Source of the DNA: a virus | Taxonomy: Duplodnaviria; Caudoviricetes | Strand: one strand, 5' to 3' | Length of the DNA stretch: 64,000 nucleotides | IMG/VR virus record: IMGVR_UViG_3300020050_015145 | Span: 8,208 to 72,207 of that record | Shown here: positions 27,536 to 37,695 of the stretch, in pieces | Numbering within the stretch: position 1 is the first letter of the stretch | Layout of the letters: the number at the start of each line of letters is the position of its first letter | Notes under the pieces: generated by a model | Databases searched by the model: none | What the model saw: the letters and a program-made list of their open reading frames with translations, nothing else | What the model was told of the DNA's origin: nothing | Position numbers and translations under genes: made by a program

Positions 27536-29474
27536 CTTCTTCTATGGGGTCAGGTTTGGGACTTGGAAACAGTACAGGCAAAGCCAGCGGCTTGGGGATG
27601 GCACTGCTGTATTTTTCGGACAGGCTCAAAAGCAATTCCTGTTGACTTTTCAGGTCTAACAGGTAGAATTCGGGGCTTGCCATTTCAGCTTCGTCCAACA
27701 ATGCATTAAGCAATACCGAAAAAATCAACTGCTTTACCATGGCTTTGTGTGAATCGCTGCCCGTTTCGGCCATTTGCGAAAACAAATTCAGCAGCAACAC
27801 TTTTTCAGCAGGCTTGTATTCGCGGTGCGGGTCCAGCCGTGATTTGATGGTGTACCTTTTGTATTCCGCCGAATCTTTCCCTGCCTGGTATTCAATCATT
27901 CTGGATTGAATGATACTTATCAGTGCAGTGTCGTACCCGTTTGAAATAGCTTCGTTTAACTCGGCCCGGGTTTCGTCCATGCCCGAAAGCATAAAGCGAC
28001 TTGGCGCAATGACCTTGGGTAGTTGTGTATCGTCCACGCCTTGGAGTCCAAACATATAATTGGCCTCGCACAAATACCCCCATTGCAACAGATTGCACAG
28101 GTGTTTGGCCAGTGTAATGCAGTCGCGGTAGAATTCCTCCCGATCCACTTCTTTGGCCGTACCTGATTCAATCAGCGGCGTACGGTTGTGAAACGCCATG
28201 TGAACATCCGCGTAAGCTTCGTCCACTTTGCGCTTGTATTCGCTTACCAATTCACGCACCGATTCAATGGGTCTTGGGATAAATCCGCCCGGCACGGGAG
28301 GAACATTGCCGATGGCATTATCGGTAAATCCCTCTTTTTTGGGCATGGAATAAACAATAAAATCCAGCGCACTGGACCCGATTTCCATTCCTGACCCCTG
28401 ACAGTGGCCGCACGGCTTTTTCTCGCCCGTCAGCAATCCTTCCCGGTCGCGTACCGAAATAAAACCTTTGTTGCAATCGTCGGCCGAACACGGCTTGGTT
28501 GCAATTCGGTATTCCTGACTGTTGACGTGATAATTGAATTCAATCTGAATGTCACTGTAGCGCGACTGAGCGTCTTTGATGTGCTCCAGTGCATTGGTGA
28601 CGGTCGAAGAAAACAACTCTTCCCCTTTGCCGTTGAATTTCAGGCGTTTCTTGCCGATTTTTCGGGCAGGTATGCCTTGACAACGGTGCAAAAACGGAGT
28701 AAACAGCGTTAAAACCTCGTTGCTTTCGGGAGAAATCTCATTTGAAAGCCCCCAAATGGAAAAATTGCTTTTCAGCGCTTTGTTGCTGCCGGTACGCATT
28801 GTTTCCCGAACCACCGTATAGCTTTCGTCGTCGAAGAAATACAGCAGCAATCCGTTGTTTTCTATCTTGCCGGTTGCTTCGTTGATGACTTTTACTTCAC
28901 GCATTGAGCGAAGCACGGCGTACTTGCCTTTTCTGAACGCAAGTACATTCTCGCAGGAAATCAGCTCTGCTTTGGGTTTAAAGTAATCCGTATCCGATGC
29001 GGGTATTTCGTGCGGAACAAACGCCAATACGGCATTGGGGTCTTTGACAAATTCTTCTTTCACAAAGTCAAAGAACCAGTCCTGAAAACCCGATTTTTCC
29101 ACAAAGGAAGATTTATCGTGGGCTTTCAGCAGCTCGGTTTGCTTACCTTCCGACTTCCAGACCACCGAAAAATCATCGCTCTCCGGAATGTAGTCCAAGC
29201 GCTCAATTTGTTTGTCCAAAAACCCTTTGAGCGGATTGCGGTATACCTCTTGACGATACTTTCTATGGTCTTTTTTCTCCCGTGGCCTGTTTTTATTCAG
29301 GTAATCGGGGTATTCATCCCCGAAAGCTTCTTCAATGTCTTTTTTGATTTTTTCGCTCTCCTCATAATATTCGTGCGTCATTCCTTTAGGCAGTTTCCCG
29401 TCTATTGAAATATTTTTAAGTACATCCAGGATTTGCGAAAGCTTCAGCATAACAGGTAAGTAACTGAGGGACAT
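27522..29474 (-). CDS. portal protein (putative)
   Basis: 650 aa upstream of the MuF-like gene; FVKDPNAVL, ESGTAKEVDRE; Cys-rich insertion. Confidence 0.7.
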   Translation of the reverse strand: MSLSYLPVMLKLSQILDVLKNISIDGKLPKGMTHEYYEESEKIKKDIEEAFGDEYPDYLNKNRPREKKDHRKYRQEVYRNPLKGFLDKQIERLDYIPESDDFSVVWKSEGKQTELLKAHDKSSFVEKSGFQDWFFDFVKEEFVKDPNAVLAFVPHEIPASDTDYFKPKAELISCENVLAFRKGKYAVLRSMREVKVINEATGKIENNGLLLYFFDDESYTVVRETMRTGSNKALKSNFSIWGLSNEISPESNEVLTLFTPFLHRCQGIPARKIGKKRLKFNGKGEELFSSTVTNALEHIKDAQSRYSDIQIEFNYHVNSQEYRIATKPCSADDCNKGFISVRDREGLLTGEKKPCGHCQGSGMEIGSSALDFIVYSMPKKEGFTDNAIGNVPPVPGGFIPRPIESVRELVSEYKRKVDEAYADVHMAFHNRTPLIESGTAKEVDREEFYRDCITLAKHLCNLLQWGYLCEANYMFGLQGVDDTQLPKVIAPSRFMLSGMDETRAELNEAISNGYDTALISIIQSRMIEYQAGKDSAEYKRYTIKSRLDPHREYKPAEKVLLLNLFSQMAETGSDSHKAMVKQLIFSVLLNALLDEAEMASPEFYLLDLKSQQELLLSLSEKYSSAIPKPLALPVLFPSPKPDPIEEDGAD

Positions 29475-29504
29475 TTGCGCCCCTCAGTTGATTTTTATGG
29501 GGAA

Positions 29505-30455
29505 TTAAGCGGCAACAACCACTTTAAAGCAGTAATACCCGAAAATGCCTACTTCGTTTTCAAAGGCGTGTGTAAAGCGGTGCGTGCCCGCGCTGAGCGT
29601 GGTCAGGCTGACGACTCCCGTGGACGGGTTGACGCTTCCCGCTACGCCTGACGGCATAGCTTCGTTGTCGTTGTAATACAGATAGTGCTTGCCGCAACCT
29701 TTGGCCTCCACTACGTCCCGCGTAAAACCACAGGTACCTGAAGTGGTACGGTTGAAAGTGATACAGTCACCGGCGCATCCTTCCTGTTGGGTGCAGTTAA
29801 CCAAAGACCCGATGGTATCAAAGGTGTAAGCAATACCTTCGGCATCCAAATCAGCCACCTTTACGCCCAAATCTGGCACCAATTCACCGTTTTTGTTGTT
29901 CCACGCCACGGAGAATTTACCCGAAATAATGGAGTTGCGCTGACCCGGTACGCTGTGGCCAAGGTTTTTGAAGATGGGTTTGTTGTCCTCCCAGTCTACT
30001 TTTTGTACTGTCGTTTCCGTAAAAAGAAAAACATCTTTCCCCTTGGTGTTCCGACGCAGATCATTGAAGAAAGGAATGTTCAAAAAGAAGTGTTTGAAGG
30101 TAAAGTTCGCTACTTCATTTACCTCGCCCGTAGGCCGTGCCTCAACGGCCAAACCGTAGGCTTCCGGCTCCAGCACTTCTGTTGGCATGGGCTTTTCGCC
30201 GTTGATGGTGCCGTGCCCAAAAAGCCACGCACCGCCCTGAAACGCCAAATCTTTCAGGTTTTCAAACATGTTTGCCGCCGTGATCACCACAGCATCTTCG
30301 GCCGCGTTGGTATAGGTACCACCCACGCCGGGAAATTTCCCTTTGTTCACTATGGCAACGGCTATGTAATTGCCGCTCGGGGCCTTTTTTTTATCGGTTT
30401 GGCGAAGCGCATTAGCCTCCACATCGCCCACCAGAAAGTCAACTAATCCGCTCAT
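29505..30455 (-). CDS. major tail tube protein (putative)
   Basis: 316 aa beta-rich with Ig-like C-terminal extension; inference. Confidence 0.5.
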   Translation of the reverse strand: MSGLVDFLVGDVEANALRQTDKKKAPSGNYIAVAIVNKGKFPGVGGTYTNAAEDAVVITAANMFENLKDLAFQGGAWLFGHGTINGEKPMPTEVLEPEAYGLAVEARPTGEVNEVANFTFKHFFLNIPFFNDLRRNTKGKDVFLFTETTVQKVDWEDNKPIFKNLGHSVPGQRNSIISGKFSVAWNNKNGELVPDLGVKVADLDAEGIAYTFDTIGSLVNCTQQEGCAGDCITFNRTTSGTCGFTRDVVEAKGCGKHYLYYNDNEAMPSGVAGSVNPSTGVVSLTTLSAGTHRFTHAFENEVGIFGYYCFKVVVAA

Positions 30456-30493
30456 ACCGCTCTCCTCGTTTTATTAATAATGAAAATAAGTAA

Positions 30494-30733
30494 TTACTTA
30501 ATTATGTGGGTGTAGGTTCCGGGCAACTCCCGCTTTAAAACCACAATGGCCACGTTTTCCGCCGCTACCGCCTCTCCCCATTTTTCGCCGTTAATTTCCA
30601 CCGTAACGGTTTTGCCCGTTTCGGCTTTGACCACAAACGTATTTTTGTTGGCAATGTAGTCCAGTTGGGTTTTTACCTTTTTTGGTTTTTCCACTGCCAC
30701 TACCGCCTTTTCTTCTTCCTTTGGAGTCTCCAT
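30494..30733 (-). CDS. hypothetical protein
   Basis: 79-aa ORF in late operon. Confidence 0.6.
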   Translation of the reverse strand: METPKEEEKAVVAVEKPKKVKTQLDYIANKNTFVVKAETGKTVTVEINGEKWGEAVAAENVAIVVLKRELPGTYTHIIK

Positions 30734-30734
30734 G

Positions 30735-31652
30735 TTAGTATATTGTTGAACTGATTACAATTTCATCGGGTGTATCGGTCTTTACCCGCACCCGCATGGT
30801 ATAGGCTCCGGCTCCCGGCACAACGTACGTGCCCGAAACCCACCTTTTCCCGCCTACCAGTACCATGTCGGCAAACGAGCCCGATACGCCGTCTATTTTC
30901 CCTTCCAAAGCGTATGTACTGTCAGCAATCAATTTCACATTTACGCCGTCCTGAACGTAAGAAGCATTGGAAATTTCACTGTCCTCGGGAGGAGGCGAAG
31001 TAGAGGTAACGGTAAAAGATACGGTTGTAAAACGCGTGTCGTCTTCGGCATCAATCACCTTTACTTCATACGTGCCGTTAACGGTATAGTTCTTGGCATC
31101 AATGTTGCTCGGTTCGTCCTCATCAAACTGAATCAAAAACCCGCTCAACGCACCCGTTACATCTTCCACCGTTACAGTCGTAGTGCCGTAGTTGCGGTCA
31201 ATTCGCAGGTTAAAGGCGATTGTTTGTGCGGGGATTTTCTCGTAAAAAGTACTGTTTACTTCGGCAACCCGATTGATTGATTCAGGATTGTACACATCCG
31301 GTACCTGTGTATCGGTATCGGCTTCGTATTCGTCCACGGGAATCTGTACTTCGTCCACTTCTACTGTCACGGGCCTTTCCCATCCGGTGTGCAATTCTCC
31401 CGAAGGCAGTACCGTAATACCGCCCATGGTATAATAGCCCACCGATGTCAGGTAGGCAATAATGCGCTGACCTTCGGCCAAAGCGGGTGAAACCGTAATG
31501 GATACCTCTCCGCCTGACAACTCTCCCGTTCCCAAAACACTTTGGTCGCTGTCATCGCAGACAAAAACGTCGGTACCTTCCACGGCATCCGCCTGCACTT
31601 TTACGAGCGTACTGCCATCTGTGTATCCGTCATAAATGAATGCTAATGCCAT
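30735..31652 (-). CDS. acidic Ig-like-domain virion protein (putative)
   Basis: NGTYEVKV and GAGAYTMRVRVK beta-sandwich motifs. Confidence 0.6.
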   Translation of the reverse strand: MALAFIYDGYTDGSTLVKVQADAVEGTDVFVCDDSDQSVLGTGELSGGEVSITVSPALAEGQRIIAYLTSVGYYTMGGITVLPSGELHTGWERPVTVEVDEVQIPVDEYEADTDTQVPDVYNPESINRVAEVNSTFYEKIPAQTIAFNLRIDRNYGTTTVTVEDVTGALSGFLIQFDEDEPSNIDAKNYTVNGTYEVKVIDAEDDTRFTTVSFTVTSTSPPPEDSEISNASYVQDGVNVKLIADSTYALEGKIDGVSGSFADMVLVGGKRWVSGTYVVPGAGAYTMRVRVKTDTPDEIVISSTIY

Positions 31653-31655
31653 GTG

Positions 31656-34013
31656 TTAATTGGAAAAGTCGTCTGAGAAATCGTCGTTGAAACTTGCCAA
31701 ATACAGGGTTTCTTTTTCCGCTACGTACTCTGTTACTTCATAATCGCCGTAAACGGCTTCAGGCTCAAAAACTACGGACGGAGCAGCGGCTTTTTCACAG
31801 TAGATTTCGAGCTCTTTACCGCTCTCCACCCTTACCAATCGCCTCAACCTTGCCTTAGACTGCCCCGGCACCACTCCGCTCACCGTTTCAAACCCCTCGG
31901 GTGCTATCCGTATTTTTCTTGCATCGCCGTCGTTATAGATAAGAATCTGATATTCACCGGCGCTTAAAATATTGCTGCCCTGTTGCAACTCTGACTCAAA
32001 ACTGTCTGTTTTCAGTAGTATTCGCAAGCCGTAGTCAAACCCGTGCAGGGTGACCCCTCCGCAACGCATTGGCTTTGAGTCGGTTGCAAAGTAGGTGGTT
32101 TTGTTGTTGCGCTCTTCGGCCGGTACCATCATGGCTTTGGCCTGTTTTTTTTGCGACAGTTCTGAGATGATCATTTCGGTATATTCACCTTCGCAGTAAT
32201 ACGCTTTGTCATCAACCCACACGTTGGAATGCTTGAGCCACGCGGCCAATACCTGATGAAAGTCAGCGTTTTCCGCCCGCGTTACCAATTCTCTGACCTG
32301 CTCAATTTTAGTGCTCGCCCTGCGGTAACCGCCGTTAAGCAAGCCCGTTCTATTTTCCGATATGCGTTGCTTGGGAATGCGCAGATATACAGGCAGACGA
32401 ATGCGCTGGGTTGTTTTTTCGTAGTACTCGTATCCCACGGCATCAAAGCTGTCAGCCACTTCCAGAAGGCTTGTTTCGGGCGATTCGCCCACCAATTCCA
32501 CTAAGTTGCTGTATGCCAATACCTGCTCGGTACGGGAATTATAGAGTTGAATACTGTAGGTTTGGTCTAATGCCAAATCCGACCAGTCCACCTCCAAAAC
32601 CAAATGACTACTTTTGAAAATGCGCGGCTGCTGAATAATGCTTACGTCACAAATATCTTCATCGGTGTATCTTTTGCCGACTTTGGCGTAACATTTCAAA
32701 ACGCTGTTTTCCGGCACTTCCAACAAATCCACTTCTCCGCTCAATCCCAAGGCAATACCCACCGTTTCGGCTGTATCACCAGCGGTGGCAATGTAGGAGG
32801 TTTCGCCCAAAAAGTATTGATTGCCTTTTTGAACGTCGGCTCCTGTAATGATGCGGTATTTGTCTTTGGTTGCCGCCGCAATGGATTGTTGGTCAGATAA
32901 ATAAATGCGCGGCGTGTTAATATTGTCCACGCGCTGTATCCCCGCAATGGCCAGCCACTCCGGAACCGTACCTTCGGGTACTTCGTAATACCCGCTTACT
33001 TCCGTTAAAGCGGCTTTGACGGTGGCAATGGTGTCACTTGCCGTAGCGGTGTATGATTTCAGTGCTGTGCCTGTGGCCTGAATTTGATAGGTGTTGCCGG
33101 GCACAATGCTTGCTCCGATGGATACTTCATACCTGTCTTCGCTGCTTAGGGTATCCACGTACGAAAGTTCAATTCGTGGTGTATTGCTGTTGACAATTGT
33201 TCTGGCCCCTTTGGTAGCCAATGGACTGACCACTTCCGATTGCAATACAACCAAACGCTCTGCTGCTGCGAGAAGGGCTTTTTTTACCGTTTCGGCGTCG
33301 TCTCCGCTTTGGGCTTCGTAGCTGATTCCGCCCAATTCAAACAAATTGCCCGGCTCTACATTTTCAATAACCAATTCAAAGCTAAACTGTGCTGCGTAGC
33401 TGACCGTACCCAAAAAGATTGCTGCCAGCGAAGGGGAATTGGTATTGTATTCCGATACCCGACCGATGCCAATACTGACTTCTTCATCATCCATGTAAAA
33501 GCGCTTATTGGTATAGACCCGAACGGCCAAAAGCGTTCCTTTTCTATGGACAATCACTTTGGCAAAAGGATAACTTTCAAAATGCGCCTGCACTTTGGCC
33601 GCGTAGGATTCGGCATCGGTCGCCGTTTGCCTGACTGTGCCCAATACAGTTTGCCCGTTGGAGCGGGTTAAAGCAAACTGTCGGTATGCACTTTGGGTGG
33701 AGGCCTCGTTGATTTTAATGACGAATTCCGTATAGCTTTCGCAGTGCTGCTTTCTCAGTACAGCTCTTCGCTCCGTATCCGAAAACGTTTCATTGTCCCA
33801 CACACCCAAGGTTTCCACGCACTGCATGATTCTTGGCTGTATGTCGCTTAGATTTTGGCCGCGCAAAACGCTGTTTTTGATAAGCAACCGCCATGAATCC
33901 CCGTCTTTGGCCTCCCACGTACGGAGCTTTTGGGTAGGATGGTACAGGTTTTTGGCCTGCGCTGTGGGGTCGTCAGTGACGAATTCCAGAAAATTAATGA
34001 ATCTGTTATTCAT
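31656..34013 (-). CDS. tail/baseplate protein (putative)
   Basis: 785 aa with internal SYxAxxGDTAExV repeats; C-terminal FNDDFSDDFSN. Confidence 0.6.
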   Translation of the reverse strand: MNNRFINFLEFVTDDPTAQAKNLYHPTQKLRTWEAKDGDSWRLLIKNSVLRGQNLSDIQPRIMQCVETLGVWDNETFSDTERRAVLRKQHCESYTEFVIKINEASTQSAYRQFALTRSNGQTVLGTVRQTATDAESYAAKVQAHFESYPFAKVIVHRKGTLLAVRVYTNKRFYMDDEEVSIGIGRVSEYNTNSPSLAAIFLGTVSYAAQFSFELVIENVEPGNLFELGGISYEAQSGDDAETVKKALLAAAERLVVLQSEVVSPLATKGARTIVNSNTPRIELSYVDTLSSEDRYEVSIGASIVPGNTYQIQATGTALKSYTATASDTIATVKAALTEVSGYYEVPEGTVPEWLAIAGIQRVDNINTPRIYLSDQQSIAAATKDKYRIITGADVQKGNQYFLGETSYIATAGDTAETVGIALGLSGEVDLLEVPENSVLKCYAKVGKRYTDEDICDVSIIQQPRIFKSSHLVLEVDWSDLALDQTYSIQLYNSRTEQVLAYSNLVELVGESPETSLLEVADSFDAVGYEYYEKTTQRIRLPVYLRIPKQRISENRTGLLNGGYRRASTKIEQVRELVTRAENADFHQVLAAWLKHSNVWVDDKAYYCEGEYTEMIISELSQKKQAKAMMVPAEERNNKTTYFATDSKPMRCGGVTLHGFDYGLRILLKTDSFESELQQGSNILSAGEYQILIYNDGDARKIRIAPEGFETVSGVVPGQSKARLRRLVRVESGKELEIYCEKAAAPSVVFEPEAVYGDYEVTEYVAEKETLYLASFNDDFSDDFSN

Positions 34014-34360
34014 GGCGTTACGGAAATGTCTAAATAAAACTGATTGTCTTCTTGGTAGGTAGAGTCGGCACGATAGCCGCCCCGATTCAGATTAATGATG
34101 TACGAATGCCGACCTCCGGGCAAAACGCTGTATGAATATCCGCTTGGCACCGCGTAGTGAAACCCTGTCATTATCATATCCAATGCCTGTATCAATTCAA
34201 AATGAGGCTTCGGATTGTCAACCCATGGAATGGCAATCAAATCGCAGTCCCGATTCAAAGAGCCGTGTAAAACCAAATTGTATCCCATTTCGCGGGCTTT
34301 TTCCTGCAAAATCCCTAAATAATGGGCGTATAACATGGGCTTGGTTTTGATGGGCTTCAT
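34010..34360 (-). CDS. hypothetical phage protein
   Basis: LHGSLNRDCDLIAIPW, nucleotidyltransferase-like GS..D.D pattern. Confidence 0.65.
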   Translation of the reverse strand: MKPIKTKPMLYAHYLGILQEKAREMGYNLVLHGSLNRDCDLIAIPWVDNPKPHFELIQALDMIMTGFHYAVPSGYSYSVLPGGRHSYIINLNRGGYRADSTYQEDNQFYLDISVTP

Positions 34361-34370
34361 AGCATTGGTA

Positions 34371-34733
34371 TTAATCCTGAATTTTCAGCGTTTTTGTTCC
34401 TTTGGTGAACCTGCTTTTGTAGGTCTGTTTCATGCCGTTGAAGTATTCATCCCGATTGACTTCGTTATAGAAATACAGAATCGGAGCACCGGATTGATTA
34501 CAGATGGTAAAGAAATTGAGCGGGTTTCCTTTCGGACGGTTTTCTTCCACCGTTATCAAATAAGAAATGCCGCGTCCAAGGTCGTTTATAGCTTCGTCCG
34601 TTTGTGTATCGCGCACTTGGATTTTTCCCAATTGAGCACTTAGTTCGTCAAATTTTTTAACGGCTTTTTTAGCCAAAACAAGTACCGCCGCAGTCAGCGA
34701 CAAAAAGGTGATTATGTGCAGTAAAATTTCCAT
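34371..34733 (-). CDS. membrane-anchored hypothetical protein
   Basis: N-terminal TM followed by coiled coil. Confidence 0.65.
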   Translation of the reverse strand: MEILLHIITFLSLTAAVLVLAKKAVKKFDELSAQLGKIQVRDTQTDEAINDLGRGISYLITVEENRPKGNPLNFFTICNQSGAPILYFYNEVNRDEYFNGMKQTYKSRFTKGTKTLKIQD

Positions 34734-34755
34734 GTTTCTATTGGTTTGTTTGTGA

Positions 34756-35172
34756 TTATTTACCCCTCATTAATTTTAAACATTGCCTCATTATATGTGT
34801 GTGCAAATAGGCTTCGCACTCATATTCATTATCCCTTTTCAATACGAGAGGAAGGAAAAATTGGCAGATATGAAGCACCTCATGTGCCAATTTGCAGTAG
34901 TCCTCATCCTCAAATCTAAAAGGCGTTTTCAGTATGATATAGAAGTAAAGGACATCCCGCCCGTGCTCGTTTATACTGCTTCTCAATGCGCACCAATCGC
35001 CCCCATTTGTGAGCAATTGCTCGTGCATCTTTATGCCGAAAACCCATTCATTGCACTTTTGCGCTTCCAACTCTTTGACAATCTCCTCATACGCAAAACC
35101 GTTGCAGAATAGAATGTCGGTTGGAAATATTCCCATATTCAGTATGCCAAGTACCTTTTTAGATTTTTTCAC
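34756..35172 (-). CDS. HExxH metallopeptidase-like protein
   Basis: LAHEVLHI...ECEAYL. Confidence 0.65.
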   Translation of the reverse strand: MKKSKKVLGILNMGIFPTDILFCNGFAYEEIVKELEAQKCNEWVFGIKMHEQLLTNGGDWCALRSSINEHGRDVLYFYIILKTPFRFEDEDYCKLAHEVLHICQFFLPLVLKRDNEYECEAYLHTHIMRQCLKLMRGK

Positions 35173-35576
35173 TTTTTAATCAAGGTTAACTCTTCACCCG
35201 TAAGAGCATGAAAAATATTTTGCAGTTGGTGGATAAATTCGAGCTTATAGTAAAGGCTAACATCTTCATTGTCAATTTTTATCTTCCAGCTATAATAGGG
35301 CTCGCCACCGTAGTTTGAGGTTACAAAACAAACCTCGAAGTCATACATTTTTTCAACCAACCTCTTTCCAATATACCTAACCTCTGACTCGTATCGATTA
35401 ACGGTTCGTTCCTCTTGGTATGTTAAGCCGAATTTTGGCATCCAATCTTTTGAGATTGGAATGGGCCCGGCCCCAATTGCCTTTCTGACAAAGTCGTTGA
35501 CTATTTCAGGTGTGCCGGTAATTACATTGCCGACACCATTAAAAATCGCATTTCCAAGTAAATCTCTTGCTTCCAT
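35169..35576 (-). CDS. hypothetical phage protein
   Basis: Start revised to MEARDL; FIHQLQNIFHALTGEEL C-terminus. Confidence 0.7.
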   Translation of the reverse strand: MEARDLLGNAIFNGVGNVITGTPEIVNDFVRKAIGAGPIPISKDWMPKFGLTYQEERTVNRYESEVRYIGKRLVEKMYDFEVCFVTSNYGGEPYYSWKIKIDNEDVSLYYKLEFIHQLQNIFHALTGEELTLIKK

Positions 35577-35578
35577 AA

Positions 35579-37399
35579 TCAATCCTTTAAAACCCAACCT
35601 TCCACAATCGTATTGGCTTCCGCTCCGCTTCCTGCGGCCCCCGGTCGAAACGTGGCTGACATAACCAATACCCGCCAACTTTTTCCACCGTCGTAAAAGG
35701 TTAGCACATCACCCAAAGCTGCCCATTCCGCCCCGGTCAATACACCTTGTACCAGCGCTATATCATCCGTGAAATAACGTGATATTCCGTTTTGAACCCA
35801 TGCCGAAGTATCGGGACTGCCGTCCGTCTTAGTGAGCTTGGCAGAGGAAACACCCCAAAAGTTTTCCCACCGCGCCAAAATCTGTTTAAGGGCAAGATTA
35901 GCGCCTTTGATAAACAGTTGTTCGTCGTTGATTTCGTCTTTGTCAATCCGACTGCCGCCCCAATCAAACTGCATTCTGCGAATAGCCTCCATAAGTTTTT
36001 CGGAGGCACATAAATCCATTGACACCAAATCCATAATTTCGGAGATTTTTTTCAGACCGGTACTGTAATCTTCATTGCCGTAGATTTCCTCCCGTCCCGT
36101 AGGTGTACTGCTCTGCCAGCGGTTAAACCCAGCCCTGACCCGACTCACCAATAGATTCATATTGGGTACAAATTCGTACGAGCTCACATCCCGCATAACA
36201 ACGCCGCCTGCCAGCCCCGCCAAAAAATCGTTGCGGTTTGCGATACGGATTTGATTATTGGTATTTCTTAAAAGCATCAGCGGGTACAGCTTGGATAAAT
36301 CATCCCAAATACCGCCAAAACTTACTTTGAGCGGGGCCGATTTTACGCCTCGAAGTTGCTGTCCGTTCGTTATCCAATCCGTTTCCAGTTCGGGTACATT
36401 GTTAACAATGGTGATTTCGGGAGTGATTTTGGCCGATATGGCTTTGAGTAGGTCAATACTTGAAATCACCTTAGCTGTACTGTCGGCAATGGCGATGTCT
36501 TGGTTGACGCACAAATACGACTCTTTAACATCGTAGTTGAACTCAAAATCGGTGCTTTCTTCGTCAAAGTCTTTGTTCTGAACAAACAATTCACCACCCA
36601 CGGGCACATTTACTATCAAATCCACGGCATAGGTTTTCTTTTCTAAAACCGAAGTAATAACAATACTTGTAGTAGGGTAGGAGATGACCTCGTTTCCATT
36701 GATGACATACACCACAATGCGCCCGTTGGTCGCCGTAGCGCTTCGGTGAGAAACCACAATCCGCGCCGTGAGTTGCAGTCGCCTTTCACCCGCCGTAGTG
36801 TTGCGCCAAATCGGCTGTTGCTGATACACATTGGTAACAGTGGCCGGATCTCCCGTCGCATCGGCCCGCGTGGTTTCGGCCAGCCATGCCGGATAGTGCG
36901 CCAAACTCTTTTCCAGTCCGTTCACTTTCCACGCAACCCTTGCCAGATTAGGGTCAACGGAGTGGGTTTTTTCCTGCGCCAAACTTAGCGCCTGCAACGT
37001 CACTTCTTTGTTGGGCAGTATGTTTACCCTTGTATCGGCCTGCATGTCCAAGGCTTCCACGTAGCCCGAATCCCGTAGCGTCACACTCCACCCGTCGCGG
37101 CGTACGCGAATATTGGCAAAGTTGATTTCTGAATCAATCAGTACAGCCCCGGTATCATCCACCATTTGGTAAGTCACGGAGGCATCCACTAATTTCTTCT
37201 CTTTGGCCGCTTTCAGGATTTCAATGGCCATGGGTTCTTCAAAAAGGATTTCCCCGATGCCGCGCACTCTGCCGATATTGTTGCGAAGCATTCCCCAAAA
37301 ACGGCGTGAGCGTATTTTTTCAAAATACACCCCTGCCGAACCGCTCGGTTCTTCAATCAATATGCCGCTTACGGCGTTTCCGTCCAAGTAGTGCCTCAT
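35579..37399 (-). CDS. tail protein downstream of tape measure (putative)
   Basis: 606 aa; position after the TMP. Confidence 0.65.
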   Translation of the reverse strand: MRHYLDGNAVSGILIEEPSGSAGVYFEKIRSRRFWGMLRNNIGRVRGIGEILFEEPMAIEILKAAKEKKLVDASVTYQMVDDTGAVLIDSEINFANIRVRRDGWSVTLRDSGYVEALDMQADTRVNILPNKEVTLQALSLAQEKTHSVDPNLARVAWKVNGLEKSLAHYPAWLAETTRADATGDPATVTNVYQQQPIWRNTTAGERRLQLTARIVVSHRSATATNGRIVVYVINGNEVISYPTTSIVITSVLEKKTYAVDLIVNVPVGGELFVQNKDFDEESTDFEFNYDVKESYLCVNQDIAIADSTAKVISSIDLLKAISAKITPEITIVNNVPELETDWITNGQQLRGVKSAPLKVSFGGIWDDLSKLYPLMLLRNTNNQIRIANRNDFLAGLAGGVVMRDVSSYEFVPNMNLLVSRVRAGFNRWQSSTPTGREEIYGNEDYSTGLKKISEIMDLVSMDLCASEKLMEAIRRMQFDWGGSRIDKDEINDEQLFIKGANLALKQILARWENFWGVSSAKLTKTDGSPDTSAWVQNGISRYFTDDIALVQGVLTGAEWAALGDVLTFYDGGKSWRVLVMSATFRPGAAGSGAEANTIVEGWVLKD

Positions 37400-37695
37400 T
37401 TTCTTTTGACGGGTTTGTCAATGGATTCTCCCATTTGGTTTTCAAATTCCATTTCAACCATATCCCGCACCTCCAAAATGCGCTCAATCTGCCCGGAGCG
37501 TACACTTTCGGGCTGATGCAGATACAAAGTGATGGTGTGCAAAGCGTTGAATACTCTGACGGACTGGGCTTTGGTCAATGTAATGTGCCCGCGTTTGCGC
37601 TTGGCCATGCCCAGTATTTGACGAAGCATGTTGTGATTGGCGCGGCCTATTTCTTCCTGCGTACGTTGTTTGGTTGGTTTGACAGGTGGCATCAT
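37396..37695 (-). CDS. hypothetical protein
   Basis: 99-aa ORF overlapping both neighbours by 4 nt. Confidence 0.6.
   Translation of the reverse strand: MMPPVKPTKQRTQEEIGRANHNMLRQILGMAKRKRGHITLTKAQSVRVFNALHTITLYLHQPESVRSGQIERILEVRDMVEMEFENQMGESIDKPVKRK

Noticed and set aside
30474-30489. Additional operator upstream of the tail tube gene
   Set aside because: TTAATAATGAAAATAA has only one good half-site and is within AT-rich background expectation.
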